Below, piece by piece: positions 1 through 5,600 of a stretch of 32,000 nucleotides of DNA. Positions within the stretch are counted from its first letter, which is position 1; the number at the start of each line of letters is the position of its first letter. The notes beneath the pieces are model-generated. The model was not told where the DNA came from. It was given only the letters and a program-made list of their open reading frames with translations, and did not search any database. The DNA is from Pseudodesulfovibrio mercurii (GTDB taxonomy: Bacteria; Desulfobacterota; Desulfovibrionia; Desulfovibrionales; Desulfovibrionaceae), in contig NC_016803.1 of NCBI RefSeq assembly GCF_000189295.2, forward strand, positions 2,730,001 through 2,762,000, given 5' to 3'. The translations under genes and the position numbers were made by a program.

Positions 1-744
1 GGTCTCTTCGTTGACCATGGCCCGCTCCTCGGCCCGGACGATCAGCTCCACCACCTTCCTTTCCGAAAAGTCGCGCATGAACCGGGCGAGCTCGGCGAAC
101 AGTTTCGTCTCATCCTTGTCCAGCTTCCACAGGGGGGAGTCGAAAAGGGCGGTGTCGAACGGACCCGCGTATTCCGGAAGCAGGGCGAGGTTGAGAACGG
201 CGTTGGCGTAGTCTATGGATTGGTCTTCGGACGCGCCGCCGTCGGGAGGGGGGCCTCCGGCGTTGCGCATCGCCTCCAACCGCCGGAGGGAAAGCCGCAC
301 CGCGTCCTCCGGCGCTCTTCTCCTGAGCAGGTGCAGGGCCATGGAGGGGGTTCGTTCGATCTCCCGGCGCACGTCGGCCGAGATGCGGGGATTGGCCGCG
401 CCGAACTCCCAGGCCGCGCCGAGAAACTCGACGAGTTCCTCCTGGTCCAGTTCGTCGTCGACCGCTTCGCCGGTGCGGGGCAATCCCTCATTCCAGCGGG
501 CCATGGCCCGCAGCATGCCGCCCGCCGCTCCGGGGTCGTCCTTTGCCGCCCGCATGGCCAGCTCGAAGGAGACCTGGCCGCGTTCCGCAAGGTGTTCGAT
601 CATCTCCCCGCCGACCGCGGGCGACCAGTCGAAGACCGTCCGCACCCGTTCCCAGTCCGAGGCGGGACACAGCGTCCCGCCCAGGCTCTCGACCAGTTCC
701 TCCGCCTTGCGGCGGGCCATCCGTTCGGGGTTCACCGTGGCCAT
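1..744 (-). CDS. hypothetical protein, N-terminal 248 codons (C-terminus lies beyond the window start)
   Basis: Minus-strand frame is open from ATG 744..742 to position 1; it has no stop in the window, so it is absent from the ORF track. GGAGGG lies 6 nt upstream. The start is 2 nt after the stop of the upstream AAA+ gene. It translates as MATVNPERMARRKAEELVESLGG... with ordinary protein-like composition. No domain was recognised, and there is no DxSxS MIDAS motif in the visible part. Confidence 0.6.
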   Translation of the reverse strand, partial: MATVNPERMARRKAEELVESLGGTLCPASDWERVRTVFDWSPAVGGEMIEHLAERGQVSFELAMRAAKDDPGAAGGMLRAMARWNEGLPRTGEAVDDELDQEELVEFLGAAWEFGAANPRISADVRREIERTPSMALHLLRRRAPEDAVRLSLRRLEAMRNAGGPPPDGGASEDQSIDYANAVLNLALLPEYAGPFDTALFDSPLWKLDKDETKLFAELARFMRDFSERKVVELIVRAEERAMVNEET

Positions 745-746
745 GG

Positions 747-1835
747 TCAACCCTCCAGCGTCCTGTTGGCCCTGAGCCAGACCATGCCGGCATCGCTGCC
801 CGGGTCGTCCCAGCGCCCCTGATACCGCGCGCAGAACGAATCCTTCAGTATCTCGGGGAGCGGGTCCCCCGGAAACTCGTGCCGGTAGATCGGGTGGGAC
901 AGGAGCAGGCACGCCTCCTGGGTGGCGCGCATGCTCAGGTCCAGGTCGAGGTCCCGGTCGGTGCGGATGGCCTCGGCGACCTTGACGACCCGGCGGATTT
1001 CCCGGAGCGGGACATCGGGATAGGTCCGGGAGAGGAGCCGGGCCTCGGCTTCGGGCGGCGGGTAGTCCACCTTGAGGGGCGCAAAACGGTCGAGTTGGGC
1101 CGGATCGACCGCCGTGGTCCCCGTGAACTGGGCGCCGTTGTTGATGGCCGCTATCCACTGCACGTTCTCGGGAATGGGGATGAACTCGCCGTTGACCGGG
1201 TTGAACATCTTGCGGGTTGCGTCCAGTGCGGACATGACCCCGTTGCGGGCCATTTCCCGGCAGCGGTTGAACTCGTCCAGGAAGATCAGGAAGCGTTCGT
1301 TGCTTTCCGCCGCCTCGGTGAGCGCCCTGAGAATGTCCGTCTCCACCCAGGTGAAGGTCCGCTTGCTTTGGTCCTCGGCCGGTTGCAGGCTGGCCAGGAA
1401 ATCCGTGGGGTCGTAGACCGCGCTGCAGTTGAAGAAGATGAAGCGGACGCCCAGGCTTTCCGCGACCTTGCGGGCGAGGACCGTCTTGCCCGATCCCTGG
1501 GGGCCGTCCAGCAGGATGCTCATGCGGTTTTCGAGCAGGACCTCCAGCTTGCGCAGGAGTGCTTCCGGGAAGAAGAAGTCGTCGCCGCCGAAGCGGGCCT
1601 CGCTGAAGTGGCGGACCTCGATGTAGCCCCGGCTGGAACGGGGCCTGCCCTTGATCCGGGTGACCCGGACCCGGCACGGACTGCCCGGAACGATCGCCTG
1701 GTCGTTGCTGAGTATCACCTTCGGCGCGCGCCTGTTGCCGATGTTTTTCGCCCTGAAGCGCCACGGGCCCTGTTTCGGGTTGAGGTGGAAGACCGTGGTG
1801 AATATGCCGGGCAGCCCGGCGTTGTCGTTTGTCAT
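747..1835 (-). CDS. AAA+ ATPase, AAA_5/MoxR-like, with a ~95-aa N-terminal extension
   Basis: 362-aa ORF. Walker A is LLDGPQGSGKT (nt 1482..1505) and Walker B is LIFLDEFNR. The C-terminal region is helical. GGAGA lies 5 nt upstream of the ATG. The N-terminal region (GSPCRVRVTRIKG...GYIEV) is beta-rich and unassigned. Confidence 0.85.
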   Translation of the reverse strand: MTNDNAGLPGIFTTVFHLNPKQGPWRFRAKNIGNRRAPKVILSNDQAIVPGSPCRVRVTRIKGRPRSSRGYIEVRHFSEARFGGDDFFFPEALLRKLEVLLENRMSILLDGPQGSGKTVLARKVAESLGVRFIFFNCSAVYDPTDFLASLQPAEDQSKRTFTWVETDILRALTEAAESNERFLIFLDEFNRCREMARNGVMSALDATRKMFNPVNGEFIPIPENVQWIAAINNGAQFTGTTAVDPAQLDRFAPLKVDYPPPEAEARLLSRTYPDVPLREIRRVVKVAEAIRTDRDLDLDLSMRATQEACLLLSHPIYRHEFPGDPLPEILKDSFCARYQGRWDDPGSDAGMVWLRANRTLEG

Positions 1836-1875
1836 GCTCGTCTCCGATTGGTTGTGCGTGTTTTACGGCTCGCCG

Positions 1876-1891
1876 AGCAAAGTGCATTCCT
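1876..1891 (-). promoter_or_regulatory. weak sigma54-type promoter candidate (AGGAATGcactTTGCT)
   Basis: On the minus strand it has exact GG-N10-GC spacing and a perfect -12 TTGCT, but the -24 half keeps only GG. It lies about 40 nt upstream of the ATG at 1835 and next to an AT-rich tract. Confidence 0.3.
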
Positions 1892-2073
1892 TTTCCGCGA
1901 CGGCGAAACGATGATTCGCAACATACTGTATTTAATTGATCTATTCGCTTGCCGCCGGACGGTTTCCCGGAACGGACGCCGCCGGCTCCGAGGATGAAAG
2001 AATAACCTTGCATGCCCGGGGGCACCGTCACCGGAGGCCTGTGATGGTCCGGGATTTCAGCGGGTTGAAGAAA

Positions 2074-2089
2074 TGGCGCGCAATTTGAT
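2074..2089 (+). promoter_or_regulatory. sigma54-type promoter candidate, variant -12 (TGGCGCGcaatTTGAT)
   Basis: The -24 half (TGGCGCG) is good and the spacing is correct, but -12 reads TTGA instead of TTGC. It lies 36 nt upstream of ATG 2125, which has an AAAGGAG RBS. Confidence 0.4.
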
Positions 2090-2124
2090 TCAAGGGGAGG
2101 AAACAACAGGCAAAGGAGTTGCAC

Positions 2125-2349
2125 ATGGACAGGGATCGAGTGGATTTTTACTGCCCCAATTGCGGATACAGGCGGACCGAGCTGTTCTATGCCCCTGATT
2201 CGGACGATTTTCGGGCCGGGGATTGCCAGTCCGCCAACGGCGAACACGAGCGCAGCGTCCTGGCGGCGGTCTGTCCCGAATGCGGGCACGAGGGCTTTGT
2301 GCGCAGCCGGGAGTACCCGGGGGCGCGCGAGGCGGACCGCGATGGATAG
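2125..2349 (+). CDS. small zinc-ribbon protein (two CxxC pairs)
   Basis: 74 aa counted from ATG 2125; the track starts at TTG 2119. GGAG lies 6 nt upstream. It carries CPNC and CPEC pairs about 35 aa apart. Its stop is 9 nt before the next gene. Confidence 0.6.
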   Translation: MDRDRVDFYCPNCGYRRTELFYAPDSDDFRAGDCQSANGEHERSVLAAVCPECGHEGFVRSREYPGAREADRDG

Positions 2350-2358
2350 GCGCGAGGG

Positions 2359-3366
2359 ATGACCGCCATGCAGACCGGAAAGGGACTTGCTCCCCGCCTC
2401 GACACCTGCGTCATCGGTTGCGGGGGGTGCGGCTTCGCCCTGGCCCGGCAAACCTGGGAGCGGTCAGCGGGCCGCATCCCCGGACTCGGGATCGTCGGGA
2501 CGGCGGACGGGGAGGGGGTGCATGTCGAGGCCTGGCCGGATACGGCGTTTTCCCGGTCCCTGTCGGTCTCCCTGGCCTCGCCCGGCGGACGGCAGCCCGT
2601 GGATCTGGAGGGGCTCAAGCTCGTCCAGGTCGTCGGGAACATCGGCGATTCGGCCTTCGGTCATTGCTCAAGGCTGGTGGTGGATCGCATGACCTGGGCG
2701 GGGATACCCGTCCTGGCGAGCTGCGTCCTGCCCCGGCGGCGGGGAGAGCGGAAGCGCGCCATGCCCCGGTCGCTCAGGAGGATCGCCATGCGCGTCGGCT
2801 CGGTGTTCCTCTTCCCCGAGGGGCATGTGGAGGCGCAGCCGGGCGCGGCGGCCTGTTCCGTGCCGGAGACGGACGTCATCGTCGATCAGTTGCTCTTCTC
2901 GGCCTCGGCCGACGGCTTGTTCTTCCTGCGCGAATCCACGGCATCGCCCCGGAGGCTGTCCCATGGGCGGTACTGCGTGTATTGCCGCGTGGCGGCGGAT
3001 GACGGGTTCGAATTTTTCGGAACGCCGGGCAAGGCGCCGGGCCGGGCCGTGTTGTTGGGCGCGAGGCTGCTGGCGGTGCACCTGAACGCGTACGACCCGG
3101 ACCGGGCCGGACGCATGATCTGGGCGGCGTCGTGGGAGTCGGACGAGCCCCGCCCGGACACGATTTTCAGCACGCTGCCCGTCCCGTCCCTCGGGTACGC
3201 CCTTGCCGAGTCGGTCGTGGCCGTGGATATCGCGGACGAGGCGGCCGAGGCCTTTGTCCACGTGGAGGTGGGACGTCCGGGGCCGGTCCCCGGGGGCGGG
3301 ATACCCGACCACACCTGGACCGAGGAGGAGCTGGAGATTCCGGCGTTCCTCCGCCGTCTGGAATAG
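2359..3366 (+). CDS. divergent FtsZ/tubulin-like protein with degenerate GTP-binding loops and a retained FtsZ C-terminal peptide
   Basis: 335 aa; an alternative start at ATG 2368 has better RBS spacing. CVIGCGGCG (2407..2433) aligns with the FtsZ T1 loop VIGVGGGG. LVQVVGNIGDSAFGH...IPVLASCVLPRRRGERKR aligns by eye with FtsZ MVFIAAGMGGGTGTG...ILTVAVVTKPFNFEGKKR. The C-terminus EELEIPAFLRRLE (3334..3357) matches the FtsZ tail DIPAFLRK. Confidence 0.7.
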   Translation: MTAMQTGKGLAPRLDTCVIGCGGCGFALARQTWERSAGRIPGLGIVGTADGEGVHVEAWPDTAFSRSLSVSLASPGGRQPVDLEGLKLVQVVGNIGDSAFGHCSRLVVDRMTWAGIPVLASCVLPRRRGERKRAMPRSLRRIAMRVGSVFLFPEGHVEAQPGAAACSVPETDVIVDQLLFSASADGLFFLRESTASPRRLSHGRYCVYCRVAADDGFEFFGTPGKAPGRAVLLGARLLAVHLNAYDPDRAGRMIWAASWESDEPRPDTIFSTLPVPSLGYALAESVVAVDIADEAAEAFVHVEVGRPGPVPGGGIPDHTWTEEELEIPAFLRRLE

Positions 3367-3402
3367 CGGTGGCGGCGGGTTCGGCGTTCGTTCCGGCATT
3401 TC

Positions 3403-3432
3403 CCGGCCGCCTCGATGACGACGGGCGGCCGG
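3403..3432. terminator. GC-rich hairpin between convergent genes (possible bidirectional terminator)
   Basis: CCGGCCGCC (3403..3411) and GGCGGCCGG (3424..3432) form a 9-bp perfect stem with a 12-nt loop. No U-tract follows on either strand. Confidence 0.3.
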
Positions 3433-3487
3433 ATGACTGGGGGACGGAGTCCCGAGGGCCCATGGAGGCGGCCCGGAGGGGTCCGTC

Positions 3488-3835
3488 TCACCGGTTTCGC
3501 TCCCCCGGCGTCGCCGGAGGGCCGTCGTCCTGTCCGTTCGCCGGGATCGGCGGGGCGTCGGGATGATCGGTGAAGGGACGCCATCCGCCATCGAGCAGCA
3601 GGAGACAGGACCAGCACTCCTCGCGCAGGATGCCGATGGCCCGGCCCAGCATGGTCGCGAAGTCGAGTTCGCTCATGCCCAGGCCCTTGATGAGGCCGGA
3701 ACGGCCGTACCGGTCGTCGCTGGCGACGACCGTGAGCATGGCGATGTCCGTGATGCCCCATTCATCGGCGAGATAGCTTCTCCGTGGCTCGCTCAGGTCG
3801 GGCAGGCGGTCCAGGCGCAGTTCGGGGGCGGTCAC
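3488..3835 (-). CDS. hypothetical protein (115 aa)
   Basis: GTG 3835..3833 overlaps the TGA of the upstream gene (GTGA), which suggests translational coupling. The core looks protein-like (SYLADEWGITDIAMLTVVASDDRYGRSGLIKGLGMSELDF...WSCLLLLDGGW). The longer 169-aa form in the track has an Arg/Gly/Pro-rich N-terminus that overlaps the upstream gene. Confidence 0.5.
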   Translation of the reverse strand: MTAPELRLDRLPDLSEPRRSYLADEWGITDIAMLTVVASDDRYGRSGLIKGLGMSELDFATMLGRAIGILREECWSCLLLLDGGWRPFTDHPDAPPIPANGQDDGPPATPGERNR

Positions 3836-4320
3836 AGCTTCGCTTCCTCCCCGGCGCCGGTCGAGGAATCGAGTCCCCTGAGGGCGGCTTCGATCTCCTC
3901 CTTGAGGCGCTCCCTGGCCCGGATGTCGTGGAGCGCCGTGGCCAGGTCCTCCACGACCCGCTCCCGCTTGGCGCCGTCCAGCCAGAACGGGAGCCACTTG
4001 CCGTCAAGCCGTTCCGCGTTGTCCGGGCTGTCCAGGACAACGCACATGTGCCGCATTTCGTCGGTGAGCCGGGCCTTGAGGGCCTGGATTTCCTCGAGTT
4101 GCGTCCTGAGCCTGGACAACTGTTCGATGCGCCGGCGTATCTCCCCTTTCAGGAGGACGATGCGTATGCCGGACCGGAGGACCTCCGACCGGATGGACTG
4201 TTGCCGGTCGAGCAGGGAGGACGATGCGGCCGCCGTGGCGGCCTCAACCCGCCATTCCCGCGCCAGGACGGCCCCGGCCACGAGAAGGCAGACGGCCAGA
4301 GTGAACAGGACGGTCCTCAT
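3832..4320 (-). CDS. secreted or membrane-anchored coiled-coil protein, paralogue of 16053..16559
   Basis: 162 aa with an N-terminal hydrophobic signal/anchor (MRTVLFTLAVCLLVAGAVLA) and a heptad-like charged helical body. It carries the motif KWLPFWLDGAKRER at nt 3958..3999. Confidence 0.8.
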   Translation of the reverse strand: MRTVLFTLAVCLLVAGAVLAREWRVEAATAAASSSLLDRQQSIRSEVLRSGIRIVLLKGEIRRRIEQLSRLRTQLEEIQALKARLTDEMRHMCVVLDSPDNAERLDGKWLPFWLDGAKRERVVEDLATALHDIRARERLKEEIEAALRGLDSSTGAGEEAKL

Positions 4321-4478
4321 CTCGATCCCTCCCGTCGCCGCAATCCGCTGCCTCCGCGAACGGACGTTGCGGTGCGCCTGCGGGGGGCCGGAGCGTCCCG
4401 GTCCCTCCGGGGGATGCCGCCGGGATCACGGCCCGGCGGACACTCGATGTTCCCTTGAACCACGGTGCAACGGTGCAT
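4317..4478 (-). CDS. possible 53-aa leader ORF translationally coupled to 3832..4320
   Basis: ATG 4478 is preceded by AAAGGAGGAG. Its TGA overlaps the ATG of the next gene (ATGA). The product (MHRCTVVQGNIECPPGRDPGG...RRREGSR) is Arg/Pro/Gly-rich, so it may be only a 5' UTR that happens to be open. Confidence 0.25.
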   Translation of the reverse strand: MHRCTVVQGNIECPPGRDPGGIPRRDRDAPAPRRRTATSVRGGSGLRRREGSR

Positions 4479-4515
4479 GGCTCCTCCTTTTGCGTCGTCG
4501 TCTTTCGTCGGGAGC

Positions 4516-4531
4516 AGCAATAGCCATGCCA
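4516..4531 (-). promoter_or_regulatory. sigma54 promoter (TGGCATGgctaTTGCT)
   Basis: Near-perfect match on the minus strand to TGGCACG-N4-TTGCW. It lies 38 nt upstream of the RBS/ATG at 4478 and directly downstream of a ~70-bp AT-rich tract (4537..4605). Confidence 0.75.
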
Positions 4532-4686
4532 GGGGAGTTGATTGATTTATGTCGAGTATATCATATTGAATTTATGAGCTATTCATTGTCTGCACAAAAA
4601 AATGGAGCCTGGCGGGTGTGAGGCGGCGCGTGATGCCGGAGCAACGCGTGTGACGCCGGATCAGCGGCGCGGGCGACCCGGTGGGG

Positions 4687-5169
4687 TCATTCGTCCGCCG
4701 GGCCGAGCAGCTCCAGGACGACCTCGTCGATGAGCAGGCCGAAGTCGTCCGCGCCCTGGTTGAGCATGGCGAGGGTGTACGGGTCGATGGGTGTTTCGGC
4801 CGTCACCTGCGCGATGACGTCCTTGAGGGATTCGCCGCCGAGCTTGAGGTCCATGAACATGACCCGCCATTCCTTGAGAAAGGCGGGGTCCTTGGGCGTG
4901 GTGTTGCGGAAGATCGTGCGCAGCATGTGGAGCGTGTCCATCAACCGGACGAACTCCTTGGCGGAGGTGGCCACGACGCACAGCCGCATTTGGTCCATGT
5001 TGGAGAACCGCACCGTGGACTTGGCGTTTTCATAGAGCTCGAACCCGATGCTCGACATCTTTTCGTCCATGGACATCCGGTTGAGGGCTTCATCCGAATA
5101 TCCCTGCCCGAAGGCCGGGAGGACCGACATGAAACACGTGATGAGCAGTGTGAGGATGGTTGTCTTCAT
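4687..5169 (-). CDS. secreted hypothetical protein (160 aa)
   Basis: ATG 5169 is preceded by AAGGAA. The signal peptide is MKTTILTLLITCFMSVLPAFGQG and the mature part is helical. The extra 30 codons in the track lie upstream of the RBS. Confidence 0.75.
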   Translation of the reverse strand: MKTTILTLLITCFMSVLPAFGQGYSDEALNRMSMDEKMSSIGFELYENAKSTVRFSNMDQMRLCVVATSAKEFVRLMDTLHMLRTIFRNTTPKDPAFLKEWRVMFMDLKLGGESLKDVIAQVTAETPIDPYTLAMLNQGADDFGLLIDEVVLELLGPADE

Positions 5170-5504
5170 TTGCGTTTCCTTGGGCGATGCGCCCGCTTGC
5201 GGCTCGTGAGGGATCGGACCGCCGCCCACCCGGAGAGAACGCATGCCGGAGCGGCCCAACGGTATCGCCTTGTTTCTTCATCCTGTTTCGCAATGAACGG
5301 CCACTCCGGCCCGTCTCTCCGTTGCGCGGGCCGGGTCGTCCCCTGCGGCGGCCGGGTCGGGCAAGGCCTTGGAGGCCGCCCTTGTGAGCATGGACCCGAT
5401 GCACGGCGGGCCGTGTGATGTTTTTACTCACGCCCGAACGATGCTCGAATAAAATTAAACAATAAAACCATAAAGTTAATCTTGCAAGCCCCTGTCGTCT
5501 CGCC

Positions 5505-5520
5505 TGGCATGGCCCTTGAA
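5505..5520 (+). promoter_or_regulatory. sigma54-type promoter candidate, variant -12 (TGGCATGgcccTTGAA)
   Basis: Perfect -24 half and correct spacing, with TTGA at -12. It lies 81 nt upstream of ATG 5601 and is preceded by an AT-rich tract (5446..5483). Confidence 0.45.
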
Positions 5521-5600
5521 AGAACAGGGTCGTTTCCCGGTCTCCTTATGCATCGGGAGTGCCAATTCACGGGTATCGAAGCACTGTGGGAGCTGCGTTC

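Noticed and set aside
2359-3366. Housekeeping cell-division ftsZ
   Set aside because: It has no dcw/ftsA/ftsQ neighbours, the tubulin signature loop is degenerate (GDSAFGH in place of GGGTGTG), the protein is short, and the gene is paired with a zinc-ribbon gene behind a sigma54-type element.
4596-4602. A7/T7 run as an intrinsic terminator after the 4687 gene
   Set aside because: I could not find a convincing GC-rich hairpin immediately preceding the T-run on the minus strand. The run is more simply part of the AT-rich promoter tract.
5280-5293. TGGCCGttcaTTGC on the minus strand upstream of the 5169 gene, as a sigma54 promoter
   Set aside because: The GG-to-GC spacing is one nucleotide shorter than the consensus, and sigma54 is generally intolerant of spacer changes. 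It is kept only as a near-miss.
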